Positions 1 through 9,036 of a stretch of DNA of 64,000 nt are shown here, one piece after another. This stretch comes from an uncultured Bacteroidia bacterium. Lineage in GTDB: Bacteria; Bacteroidota; Bacteroidia; Bacteroidales; CAJPTX01. The notes under the pieces were generated by a model. It saw only the letters and a list, made by a program, of their open reading frames with translations, was not told where the DNA came from and ran no database searches. The translations under genes and the position numbers were made by a program. The stretch spans positions 15,660 through 79,659 of the forward strand of contig CAUTNK010000012.1 of the NCBI GenBank assembly GCA_963540065.1, written 5' to 3'. The first letter of the stretch is position 1. The number at the start of each line of letters is the position of its first letter.

Positions 1-1437
1 CCAACACGTTGGTATTTCATAATAAATGCGGGTAATAAACTGCACAAAAACTTCTCTCGCCCCTTTTCCCAGTTTAGACAAATAGTCTTTGTACATTCTG
101 TTATCTCGTGCGACATTGTCTCTATTATCGCCAGTGCCTGTTCTTGTTCTACTATTCACAGCTTCCACATACGGCGGATTGATGTAAATCACTAGTTTCC
201 TACGTTTCTCTGGGTCGTTGATAATCTCTTGCAGTTGTTGCGGAAGCTTGGTAAACTCATCGTTCAAGAAATCGAATTGGAATACGTGACTTTCTAGCAA
301 GTTAGCACCGTTGCGGATGCGATCTTTCATTACGTCGACATCCTGCTGGTCGAGGGTAGATGCCCAAATGTTGTACTTGTTGGTGAGTCCGTTCAACAGG
401 TTACCAGTGCCCGCAGCGCAATCCCACACGTAGTATTCGTCTTGCCAGTTTTCGCCGAGGACGTCTGCTAAGTACTTTTGCGAGAGGTCTACCCAGATCT
501 TCGGCGTGAAGAACGAACCCTTGCGTTCGCGGATGTCTTGCGGTACAAGCAAGTCTCGGCGTTTGATGATGTAGTCCCAGTACTCTTCGCGCGGTGGGCG
601 CTGGTAGAGACTCCAGAATTGCGCGTGTGCCTTTTGCCCATCTTTGAAAAAGACTTCGCTAGAGGTAAAAATTCCCGCAATGTTCTTTTTGCGATCGAGT
701 ATGTAGCGTTTGTCTTGCAGAAGCACAAAAAGCGCTTCTTTAATCGTTTGGTTTTCAGAGGATAAGAGATCAGCTAAGAAGAAGTCGCCGTCAATAATAT
801 TGAGCTTTTTGAGGGTATCCCACTCTACATCAATGCTCGGTTGTACCAGAGCTAACCATCGTTGGTAGATGCTTACGAAGTTGTTTTTGTTGATCTGTAT
901 GAGCTCGGAGCTATCGGTGAGATGTACGCGTATGAACTCTCGCAGCTCTTTTTCGTGCGCATCATACCGAAAGACATACGCCGTTCGATCCAAAACATCG
1001 CGTACAGCGGCGTATAACAGTCCAAATTCGCGCGAAGAAGTGTCAGACGGGGTAATATTCCAGTTGAAGTCATTAAGCGCCAGAAAGGGCAATATTTCGC
1101 GATAGGGAAGAAATGCGATTTTCTCGGCATCGAAAGCAGCAAGAAATGGTGGGGGCAGATACGTATCAAACGTGCGCGCTTTTCCGATGGTAAGGATTAG
1201 TTGTACGAGCGGTTTGTAGATGTCTGCAACGGTACCTCGTTTAGCTTCTGCCCAGAGGAGGGAAACAACATCTTTATTTTCTGTAGGGGGATTACACGGA
1301 ACAGAGGCGTACACAAGTCTTGTACTTTTTTGAACAACGCAGAAATCTATTTTTCCGATGCGAGTGCCACAGTCGAATCCAGCAAAAAACTGCTCGGCAA
1401 TACGAATTTTTAGCTCTTCTTCCTGTAGGTTGTACAT
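1..1437 (-). CDS. Type IIG-like nuclease / N6-adenine DNA methyltransferase fusion, paralogue of 53136..55604. Only the 5' 479 codons are present; the 3' end runs off the window.
   Basis: Absent from the ORF track because no stop lies in the window, so I read it by hand. ATG at 1437 gives MYNLQEEELKIRIAEQFFAGFDCGTRIGKIDF...LLWAEAKRGTVADIYKPLVQ, colinear with the 830-aa ORF. The reverse complement of 1-190 reads IYINPPYVEAVNSRTRTGTG (NPPY motif IV). The antisense track ORFs 478..765 and 54657..54851 are near-identical, which confirms the DNA-level duplication. Confidence 0.8.
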   Translation of the reverse strand, partial: MYNLQEEELKIRIAEQFFAGFDCGTRIGKIDFCVVQKSTRLVYASVPCNPPTENKDVVSLLWAEAKRGTVADIYKPLVQLILTIGKARTFDTYLPPPFLAAFDAEKIAFLPYREILPFLALNDFNWNITPSDTSSREFGLLYAAVRDVLDRTAYVFRYDAHEKELREFIRVHLTDSSELIQINKNNFVSIYQRWLALVQPSIDVEWDTLKKLNIIDGDFFLADLLSSENQTIKEALFVLLQDKRYILDRKKNIAGIFTSSEVFFKDGQKAHAQFWSLYQRPPREEYWDYIIKRRDLLVPQDIRERKGSFFTPKIWVDLSQKYLADVLGENWQDEYYVWDCAAGTGNLLNGLTNKYNIWASTLDQQDVDVMKDRIRNGANLLESHVFQFDFLNDEFTKLPQQLQEIINDPEKRRKLVIYINPPYVEAVNSRTRTGTGDNRDNVARDNRMYKDYLSKLGKGAREVFVQFITRIYYEIPTCW

Positions 1438-1484
1438 GCTACCCAAATGTTGCAAAGATACGAGGGGGCGAAGAGTGCTGCTAA

Positions 1485-4112
1485 CTATCGCAAAAGGTTG
1501 TCGATATAGCTCTTGTTCTTTTCGTACTTCAGGTCGTTTAGGATACCTGCATTAACGCCAATTCGGAAGCTGTAGCTACGTAGCTGTCCGAAGGGCACTA
1601 CGTTGAGCGACATCTGCCAACAATGCAAGTCGCGCGATATATTGAGAGAGGTTGTACTAAATTTAGATGCTACAAAATCGTAGCCTGAGGAGAAGCTCAC
1701 ATTCCAGTATTTGGCAAGGGTAAGGCTGCCCGAAAAGGATAACGATTGCAGACTGGTGCGACGTCGTCCGTATTTGGAGTACGAAAAGCTGTAGTTGACT
1801 GATAGGTTCCAAGGGGCAGTAAAGCTATCGTAACGCAGTTCTTGGAAATCGGCAGCGGTTGCTTGGTCGAATGGGATATAACCGGGGAGGTAGGTTACGA
1901 AGGTGGTTTGTAGCTCGTCCCCCTTAAATCCGAGAACTTTGTTTAGCGAGAAATTGGCACTTAGTTGAAACGATTCAAAACGTAGAGGAGATTTGTGGCG
2001 TCGTAGGTAGTATTCGTTGCGGATTCGTCCTTCTGCATCCATCGCATACACCGAAAAAGAGGAGTTAGCACTGAGGTTCAAGAAATTCAGAAAGTTGGTG
2101 CGTGCCGATACCGAGAGTGCCGACCAGTTCATAGAATCGGCTAGGAAGTTATAACTCCCGCTGATTGCGAAACTTTCTAAGAGAGGGATTTTTTTGTCCA
2201 CTACAGTTGTTGTATCGCTGGGATCATTCTTTTTCCCGCGGAGTTTCATCTCTAGGTTGTTGTTAAGCGAAAAGGATAACGACCCCGATTCGCCGGCTGG
2301 CGCACCGCCGTATATGGTATTTTCGAAATAGGAATAGGTTCGAGTCTCGCCGCGTGCATTATGCTGCACACGTCCGTACATCTTATACTTAGGATCACTA
2401 AAATCTGGGTGGTAGCCTAGCGATACGGAAGGCGTCAGTACGTGTCGAATTGCTTTTATGGGGCTCTGCGGAATGAATGCGTACATCCCGTAAAGTTTGG
2501 TGGAGAATCCGAGGCTGGTATTAAAATCCCACGAACGATCAAAGCCGTCAACTGTATCGCGTATGGCTTGCTTTTTTACAGCATCCCAGTGATAGCGAGT
2601 TGTGCGGAGGTACCAGTTCTCGTTGTAGGAGATGGATGGAGATAGGTTGATAAATTTCAGAAGTGTAAACGAGGTAGAAGTTGCTAACCTGTGCGACATT
2701 CCATTGCGCAGTTGCTTCTTAATCCGTGAGGTGAACAGATATTGTTCTTTGATGCTTGCAGAATTTTGCAATGCGGTGTTGTAGGTAATCCCGATGCGTT
2801 CGTACCACCGTTCGCTTCCGGCGGCGTTACTACGTTTGAAAGGGTAGATACGTTGTACGTTGAAGGCGACGTTGGGGATACTGAGGTTTACGATACTATC
2901 GCGCGAATTCTGTGAGTGGTTGAGCGATACGGAAAGATTGAACGGTTTCCCCGGAAAACTACGCGAGTAAGCAATCGAGGACATGATCTGGTTCGACAAG
3001 AAATCGCGCGTATTACGAGCATTGTAGCGATTATAGGAGGAGGAGCCAAATGTTACGTTTGCCTGAAAAGTTGAGTTCGGGTTCCAAGCCCTATCTTGTA
3101 CATGCGACCACGTGACGCGGTAAGTTGAGTTGGTATTGTGCTCGGGGGTATTCTTTTGACCTGTAGTAATTTGCGAGTAGGAGTAACCCACTTGCCCAGA
3201 AAATTTGTAGCGCAGACGGTAGTTGGACGAGACATTGACATCCCACGACCCTCGGGTGTAGTAGCCTCCTAGAAGCGTGAGATCGAAATAGTCGTTGAGA
3301 CCGAAGTACGCACCACCATTGCGCAGAAAGAAACCTCGGAGTTGCTCCTCGCCATACTCAGGTGGGATGATACCTGAGGAGCGTTTGGTTGTATTCGGGA
3401 AAAAACCGAAAGGGATCCCTATCGGTGCCGGTACGTCGGCAATGACTAGGTAGGCGAGGTCGGTAAAGATTTTGTCGTTCGGAATTACTTTAGCTTTCGT
3501 GAGTGCCAAATAGAAGTGCGGATGCTTGAGATCGCAAGTAGTAAACTTCCCGTCGCGTACGTAAATGACGTCGTTGGGCATCTTTTTGATTACCTCGCCG
3601 TGTAGGAATCCCTCGGTGACGTGGGTAATCACCCCTGTGATGCGCGCCTTCTGCGAGTTGAAGTTGTAGCGGATATCGCTCATGGTATACTGATCCTTCC
3701 CGTCGGAGTAAAGGGGATCTCCTACAACATTACCGGTAGAGTCTTTCAGACCATGTGCAAAGAGTTGGCGTTTGTTGAGATCGATATCTATGTAAGCGGC
3801 TTCGAATTTCTGATTTTTGTAGGCGAGCTTTGCATTGCCGTAGAGGGCAACTTTTCGCTGTTGCAGCGAGTAACATACCGAATCGCCCGCACTCGATGTA
3901 ATAGGCGCGTCGAGGGTTGGAGCGTTGGTAGATGCTGTGTCGCTAGTTGTGTTACGGATAGTGTCGCCAAGCTGTAGGATGTGTACGGAATCGGTAAGTC
4001 TACTTCGCGAGGGGGTAGCACTTGCTTCGTATACAGAGCTATACCACACAAGCGAGAAAAGGAGCCCCAACAGAAAGCCCTTAAAGAATAATCTTACCTT
4101 TGCACCGTACAA
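1485..4112 (-). CDS. lptD: Large outer-membrane beta-barrel protein, LptD/OstA-like (LPS assembly)
   Basis: 875-aa ORF with a TTG start. Hydrophobic N-terminal signal (FFKGFLLGLLFSLVWYSSVYEASA). OstA-like N-terminal stretch (VALYGNAKLAYKNQKFEAAYIDIDLNKRQLFAHG). The rest is long, aromatic- and Gly/Ser/Asn-rich, consistent with beta-strands. It lies divergent to an amidase gene, as I recall for Bacteroidota lptD loci. Confidence 0.55.
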   Translation of the reverse strand: MYGAKVRLFFKGFLLGLLFSLVWYSSVYEASATPSRSRLTDSVHILQLGDTIRNTTSDTASTNAPTLDAPITSSAGDSVCYSLQQRKVALYGNAKLAYKNQKFEAAYIDIDLNKRQLFAHGLKDSTGNVVGDPLYSDGKDQYTMSDIRYNFNSQKARITGVITHVTEGFLHGEVIKKMPNDVIYVRDGKFTTCDLKHPHFYLALTKAKVIPNDKIFTDLAYLVIADVPAPIGIPFGFFPNTTKRSSGIIPPEYGEEQLRGFFLRNGGAYFGLNDYFDLTLLGGYYTRGSWDVNVSSNYRLRYKFSGQVGYSYSQITTGQKNTPEHNTNSTYRVTWSHVQDRAWNPNSTFQANVTFGSSSYNRYNARNTRDFLSNQIMSSIAYSRSFPGKPFNLSVSLNHSQNSRDSIVNLSIPNVAFNVQRIYPFKRSNAAGSERWYERIGITYNTALQNSASIKEQYLFTSRIKKQLRNGMSHRLATSTSFTLLKFINLSPSISYNENWYLRTTRYHWDAVKKQAIRDTVDGFDRSWDFNTSLGFSTKLYGMYAFIPQSPIKAIRHVLTPSVSLGYHPDFSDPKYKMYGRVQHNARGETRTYSYFENTIYGGAPAGESGSLSFSLNNNLEMKLRGKKNDPSDTTTVVDKKIPLLESFAISGSYNFLADSMNWSALSVSARTNFLNFLNLSANSSFSVYAMDAEGRIRNEYYLRRHKSPLRFESFQLSANFSLNKVLGFKGDELQTTFVTYLPGYIPFDQATAADFQELRYDSFTAPWNLSVNYSFSYSKYGRRRTSLQSLSFSGSLTLAKYWNVSFSSGYDFVASKFSTTSLNISRDLHCWQMSLNVVPFGQLRSYSFRIGVNAGILNDLKYEKNKSYIDNLLR
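4095..4102 (+). promoter_or_regulatory. Bacteroidota-type -7 promoter box (TAnnTTTG)
   Basis: TACCTTTG lies 61 nt upstream of the ATG at 4163. Confidence 0.4.
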
Positions 4113-4162
4113 ACGAAACCCTATTTGGTTTCCAAAGGTACGCCAATTTCAAGAAGTAGGGA

Positions 4163-5314
4163 ATGCGTCACACTCAGCGAAGCCTTCCGAGCTTTTGCCT
4201 TGCGACCCTTTGGGTTCTAGTCTTCTACTCCTTTACTATCCTTTGTTCGGGGAGGCAGATCTGGGCGCAAACTCAGCAAACAGGTCTTCTCACGACTGTA
4301 GTGATTGACGCCGGGCACGGTGGAAAAGACCCGGGGACGGAGGGCAAACACAGCAAAGAAAAGAATGTTACACTAGCTGTTGCTCTGAAACTAGGGAAAC
4401 TTATTCGCGAAGCCTATCCAGAATTAAAGACACTCTATACACGCGAGACCGACGAGTTTATCGAGCTAAATCAGCGAGCTAACATTGCCAACGAAGCTAA
4501 AGCCGATTTGTTTATCTCGATCCATTGCAATGCTGCACAAGCTACTGCGGCGAGTGGTTCCGAGGTATTTGTAATGGGGTTGCATACCTCAAAATCGAAC
4601 CTAGAAGTTGCACAACGCGAGAACTCTGTTATCTCCTACGAGGACGATTACTCTACAAAATACGAGGGGTATGACCCGAAGTCGCCCGAGTCGTTTATGA
4701 TATTTTCGCTAATGCAGAATGTATTTTTGGATCAGAGCTTAGCATTTGCTAGCGATATCCAGAACGAGTTTGTGCAAAATCTGCAACGAAAAGATCGTGG
4801 AGTAAAACAAGCAGGATTCCTTGTCCTGTACAAGAGCGGGATGCCATCTGTGTTAATTGAGCTCGGTTTTTTAAGTAATCCGCAGGAAGAAAAATACCTC
4901 CTTTCCGAAAATGGGCAGGAAGAGTTAGCAAAGGCTATTTTTAAAGCATTTACCCTTTACAAGAAGAAATGGGACGAACACGCCACGCAAACCATTGCCA
5001 CCAACAAATCGAAATCCGAAAAGAAACAGGATAAGAAAACCGACACTGCCAAGAATAATGTGCAACAAAAGGATCCGGATGGGCGTATTTTTCGTATACA
5101 ATTGGCAACACTAACGAACCCGATTGCCCCTTCGCACCGGCTTCGGAAACAGTTCCCCGACCTCAAGGAACGAAAAGAAGGGAAATTCTACCGCTACTAC
5201 ACCCACGAGTATCTAAGTCTCGAGGACGCTAAAAAAGACCTTGCAGAAGTAAAAAAGAGCTATTCTGACGCTTTTATAGTCGCTTTCCTAGGCGATAAAA
5301 AAGTGAGCTTCTGA
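4163..5314 (+). CDS. N-acetylmuramoyl-L-alanine amidase (Amidase_3) with C-terminal SPOR-like domain
   Basis: Motifs VVIDAGHGGKDPGT, DLFISIHCNA and GSEVFVMG. N-terminal signal sequence. C-terminal FRIQLATL...AFIVAF resembles SPOR, preceded by a K/Q-rich linker. Confidence 0.9.
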   Translation: MRHTQRSLPSFCLATLWVLVFYSFTILCSGRQIWAQTQQTGLLTTVVIDAGHGGKDPGTEGKHSKEKNVTLAVALKLGKLIREAYPELKTLYTRETDEFIELNQRANIANEAKADLFISIHCNAAQATAASGSEVFVMGLHTSKSNLEVAQRENSVISYEDDYSTKYEGYDPKSPESFMIFSLMQNVFLDQSLAFASDIQNEFVQNLQRKDRGVKQAGFLVLYKSGMPSVLIELGFLSNPQEEKYLLSENGQEELAKAIFKAFTLYKKKWDEHATQTIATNKSKSEKKQDKKTDTAKNNVQQKDPDGRIFRIQLATLTNPIAPSHRLRKQFPDLKERKEGKFYRYYTHEYLSLEDAKKDLAEVKKSYSDAFIVAFLGDKKVSF

Positions 5315-5360
5315 CGACTCCTAACCTAAATAGAATATCCAACTAACTCCGATTTCGAAT

Positions 5361-6263
5361 ATGCTAGCACGAACCAAACAAACATGGGTGATAGGTCTGT
5401 TTACACTCCTAGTGGTTGCGCTTGCCGTGCTTGGGTACCAGTTTCTGAAAGGGCGAGAGCTATTTAACCGCTCTAGCTATTACTATGCTTATTTTAACGA
5501 TATCGGCGGACTATATGTAACGAATCGAGTGGTGATAAATGGTCTTTCGGTAGGCTACGTATCGGATCTCCGATTTGCGAACGACGGTACGGGGCGTATC
5601 CTAGCACAATTCCGTTTTCCGAAAGAACTGAAACTTCAGCAGTCCACCACCGCAAAAATTGTAAATGCTGGGCTTATTGGCGGAAGTATCGTGCGCCTGC
5701 AAAATGCTAATGGCAACGGTCCGCTGCTCCAACCCGGCGATACGCTGCAAGGCTATACCGAAACGCCCTATACCGAAGCACTTTCTGCTAAAGTGGCTCC
5801 GCTTTTTGATAATGTTGATACAGTGGTAATTGCTATTAAGCAGCTCCTTCGCACTGCGCAAAACACCTTGACGCCGGAACGTACGGAGGATATCTATTTT
5901 GAGTTGCACTCGCTACTCCGCAATCTACGGGCTACCTCGGCGGCACTTCCCGCAACTGTCGAACAACTGAACCGTTCTGTAACCCAAGTTACCCAACATA
6001 CAGACTCGATTCAACATGCACTCACCTCTCTTATAGATTCTATACACCATCCTCTGAAAACACTTATCCTGCGTACAGATTCGCTGCTAATAGCCTCTAC
6101 GAATATTGCTAGGGAGATACAAAGCGGCAACGGAACGGTTGGGAAGCTCATCAAAAGCGATTCGCTCTACTACGAACTGCGCACCTCGGTACGCACCCTA
6201 GATTCGGTACTGACTGAGGTACAACGCAATCCGAAGCGATATTTCAATTTCTCAATCTTTTAA
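5361..6263 (+). CDS. MlaD/MCE-family lipid-transport protein
   Basis: N-terminal TM helix, then an MCE-like core (YYAYFNDIGGLYVTNRVVINGLSVGYVSDLRF) and a helical C-terminal region. Confidence 0.75.
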   Translation: MLARTKQTWVIGLFTLLVVALAVLGYQFLKGRELFNRSSYYYAYFNDIGGLYVTNRVVINGLSVGYVSDLRFANDGTGRILAQFRFPKELKLQQSTTAKIVNAGLIGGSIVRLQNANGNGPLLQPGDTLQGYTETPYTEALSAKVAPLFDNVDTVVIAIKQLLRTAQNTLTPERTEDIYFELHSLLRNLRATSAALPATVEQLNRSVTQVTQHTDSIQHALTSLIDSIHHPLKTLILRTDSLLIASTNIAREIQSGNGTVGKLIKSDSLYYELRTSVRTLDSVLTEVQRNPKRYFNFSIF

Positions 6264-6344
6264 TACGTCCAACCTGCAATATTCGTATTCCCAGTCCCTC
6301 AATAACGTAATATTGCTTTTAGAATGGTGTAACTTTTGCATCCA

Positions 6345-7088
6345 TTACTTATTAGCTTGTGCGAGTAATTGTTGTATAGCAGCTCCTGCCGCCATACAGC
6401 CGAATAGATTCGGGATATAGGATACAATGCCTGCCCGAGTCTTTTTATTTTGCTCGTCGGCGACTTGTTCAAATCCGGCAGGATCGCAGAGCTCGGTGGA
6501 GTAAACTGCTAGGAAGTCGTGCGATTCTAGTTCTGGGATTCGCAGCTTGCGCAAACGTCGACGGATGGTACGTGCCAAATGGCAATAGTTACTTTGCCAA
6601 AAGGAGCCGATGCGTACAGCATTAGGGTCGTATTTTGCCCCAGCACCCATAGAACTGATCAGCGGCGTACCTTGTAAGAGTGCCGTTTTGATGAGATGTA
6701 CCTTCGGGGTTATCGTATCGATAGCATCAATAATTGTGTGGTAAGGTTGTGATACGAGCCGATCGAGTTCCTCTCCCTCCAAATAGATGGGGAGTGCATG
6801 TACTTCGATGTTTGGATTGATATCGCGGAGGCGATGGGCAGCTACCTCCACCTTTAATTCGCCAACAGTAGCATGTGTGGCTAATATTTGCCGATTAATA
6901 TTGCTAGGATGTACCCGATCGGCATCTACCAAGGTTAGTTTTCCGACTCCAGATCGCGCTAGCATTTCGGCAGCTATACCACCCACTCCCCCCAATCCTG
7001 CTACGAGCACATGCGCCTCTGCGAGACGTTTTAAGGCTTCTGTGCCGAGCAATAGTTGGGTGCGTTCTTGCCAAGGGGCGACCGACAT
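6345..7088 (-). CDS. tcdA: tRNA threonylcarbamoyladenosine dehydratase (ThiF/HesA family)
   Basis: Motif VLVAGLGGVGGIAAEMLARSGVGKLTLVDADRVHPSNINRQ. I place the start at the internal ATG (MSVAPWQ) at 7088; the track ORF extends to 7130. Confidence 0.8.
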   Translation of the reverse strand: MSVAPWQERTQLLLGTEALKRLAEAHVLVAGLGGVGGIAAEMLARSGVGKLTLVDADRVHPSNINRQILATHATVGELKVEVAAHRLRDINPNIEVHALPIYLEGEELDRLVSQPYHTIIDAIDTITPKVHLIKTALLQGTPLISSMGAGAKYDPNAVRIGSFWQSNYCHLARTIRRRLRKLRIPELESHDFLAVYSTELCDPAGFEQVADEQNKKTRAGIVSYIPNLFGCMAAGAAIQQLLAQANK

Positions 7089-7212
7089 GTGGTAGATTTT
7101 TAAAATAAAGCTGCAGAATTCACGCCACAAATGTAACCGTCTTCGTGGTATAATACACCATAGCTAGCACTCACGAAGATTGTTAGGAGGCGTACCCTGT
7201 CTAGGAAGCTAA

Positions 7213-7292
7213 CTAGAAGACAATTCCGCTGCGACGAATATCTTCGAATGTTTGGATACCTACAGGAAGACGAGATGTGGGAAAGGGCGATT
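7213..7292 (-). pseudogene. Remnant of the 5' end of a second AAA-ATPase/PD-(D/E)XK gene
   Basis: About 65 bp match the 5' end of the intact gene, including a 31-bp identical run (cgacgaatatcttcgaatgtttggataccta) at 7232-7262 and 8870-8900. On the minus strand it reads ...PTSRLPVGIQTFEDIRRSGIVF* and then stops. Confidence 0.7.
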
Positions 7293-7309
7293 TAGCACAG
7301 CACCGCGCC

Positions 7310-8941
7310 CTACGCCAGCATTTTTACTAACCACGAGCCGATGTTCTTTTTTCCCTCGTTAAAGCTTACACCCACCAAAAAGACTTGTTTCTCTTTCGTC
7401 GGGTAGGAGAGGGCATACCCTTTTTCTTCTATCTGCTGGAGTGCTTCCTCGGGTGTCCCCGTCCCTTCCAGTTTGAATTCGAAGATATAGATAGCGTTTG
7501 GAGTCTGAAGTACGGCATCTGCCCGCCCGATATGGTTGTGTACCTCGGCTTGGATAAATTGCCCTAAAAGGCTAAAAACCAAGAAAATCGCCACTTGTCC
7601 GTCCCGTTCGTGGTAATTTACCTCCTCCTGTTTGGAGAGACGTCCGTACGGGATGCGGGCTATGATAGCCTCGAGGCGCTTCATGAATGTTTCTACATCC
7701 CCCCGCAAGATATCTTCACGGAAACGGCGTACGTCTACCGCAGCGTCTAAAACCGTGGGATAATAACCCACAAGGAGCGTCCGAAGGAAACCATATTTCA
7801 CCTCTTCGTTCGGATAGCGGAGGCGGTAGATATAATCGAAAGGTTCGTAGTCTTTTATGGTCAAATAGCCCGTTTGAAAGAGGATAGGCAACGGGTTGTG
7901 CGCCCCGATACGAAAGTCCTGCAGGGAGGCGTCTTCTATCTCCACTCCGTCTTTAATCTCAGGAATGTAGTAATCGATTTGCTGGAGATATTTCACAAGG
8001 AAGGAGGGCGTCGCCGTCTCAAACCAATAGTGTTTGTAATTGCTAAAGGCAAGCACATTGAGCAAGCTAAACGGATTATATACATTCACACCGTTGCCTG
8101 AGAAGCGATAGCCATCATAGTTCTTTTTCAGCATGGCGTACGCCTCCTCTACGGTCTGCTGATACTTCGTAGCAAGCTTTTCTATCTCAGCGGCGAAGTG
8201 CGAGGTAAGCTCCTCTTCGGTAAAGCCACAAATTGCCGAATAGTCGTCTGCTAAAGTGATATCTACCAAGTTGTTAAGCCCACTAAACAGAACTACTTTA
8301 CTGAACTTGGTAATACCGGTCAGGAACGCGAAGCGAATATACTCATCTTCCTTTTTGAGAACCTCATAAAAAGATTTAAGGATGGTGCGATTCGTTTGGT
8401 TAAGTTCTTCGTGGTCAAAAGTCTCTAGGAGAGGCTTGTCATATTCATCCACGAGGATAACTACCTTTTTCCCCGTCTGCTCGTAAGCCTTTCGAATAAG
8501 TGCACTAAATCGACCAGCGAGCGTTTGTTCTATATTCTCACACCCATACAAGGCTTCCCATTTAGAGAAATAAGATATAAATACTTTTTCCAAAGCCTGT
8601 GGAATAGTATAATTCTCCGCATTCAGCGAAAAGTAAAACACCGGAGATGTCTCCCAGGGTTCTCTCCCTTGTTTTCTCGCCAATTCCTCTTCTACCTGTG
8701 CGATGTGAAGACCTTCAAAGAGAGCCTTTTTCCCTTCGAAATATGCCTGTAGGGTAGATACAAAAAGACTCTTACCGAAACGATGCGGGCGACTCAAGAA
8801 GACACTCTTGAAGCCTCCTTCCATGAGTTTTGCTAGGTAATGGGTCTTATCTATATACGAGTAGCCGCCACGACGAATATCTTCGAATGTTTGGATACCT
8901 ACGGGGAGAAGAGGTGTGGAAGGGTGTAATTCCGTGTTCAT
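7310..8941 (-). CDS. Predicted AAA-ATPase with C-terminal PD-(D/E)XK nuclease-like domain (Bacteroides-type AAA-ATPase_like + PDDEXK_9 family)
   Basis: Hallmark N-terminus LPVGIQTFEDIRRGGYSYIDKTHYLAKL. P-loop-like RPHRFGKS and VILVDEYDKP. C-terminus ...GRADAVLQTPNAIYIFEFKL. The ATG is at 8941; the track start at 8950 is TTG. Confidence 0.75.
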   Translation of the reverse strand: MNTELHPSTPLLPVGIQTFEDIRRGGYSYIDKTHYLAKLMEGGFKSVFLSRPHRFGKSLFVSTLQAYFEGKKALFEGLHIAQVEEELARKQGREPWETSPVFYFSLNAENYTIPQALEKVFISYFSKWEALYGCENIEQTLAGRFSALIRKAYEQTGKKVVILVDEYDKPLLETFDHEELNQTNRTILKSFYEVLKKEDEYIRFAFLTGITKFSKVVLFSGLNNLVDITLADDYSAICGFTEEELTSHFAAEIEKLATKYQQTVEEAYAMLKKNYDGYRFSGNGVNVYNPFSLLNVLAFSNYKHYWFETATPSFLVKYLQQIDYYIPEIKDGVEIEDASLQDFRIGAHNPLPILFQTGYLTIKDYEPFDYIYRLRYPNEEVKYGFLRTLLVGYYPTVLDAAVDVRRFREDILRGDVETFMKRLEAIIARIPYGRLSKQEEVNYHERDGQVAIFLVFSLLGQFIQAEVHNHIGRADAVLQTPNAIYIFEFKLEGTGTPEEALQQIEEKGYALSYPTKEKQVFLVGVSFNEGKKNIGSWLVKMLA

Positions 8942-9008
8942 TTCGCGCAAACTTTCATGCTACGAAGATAACGAAAAGTGCTAGGAACAAGTGGCAGTGG
9001 CAATTGTG

Positions 9009-9016
9009 TATCTTTG
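9009..9016 (+). promoter_or_regulatory. Bacteroidota-type -7 promoter box (TAnnTTTG)
   Basis: TATCTTTG lies 21 nt upstream of the Fic ATG at 9037. Confidence 0.45.
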
Positions 9017-9036
9017 CGCGGAAAGGAAGGATTACG

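Noticed and set aside
478-765. 95-aa + strand ORF (and its twin 54657..54851), conserved between the two loci
   Set aside because: It is conserved only because it lies antisense to the duplicated methyltransferase gene. The minus-strand frame carries clear NPPY and motif I methyltransferase signatures across the whole region.
8830-9036. N-terminal 69 codons of track ORF 8830..9699
   Set aside because: This part overlaps the 5' end of the convergently read AAA-ATPase gene and has no Fic-like sequence. A TAnnTTTG box at 9009 and a Fic-like N-terminus starting at the ATG at 9037 support the shorter gene.
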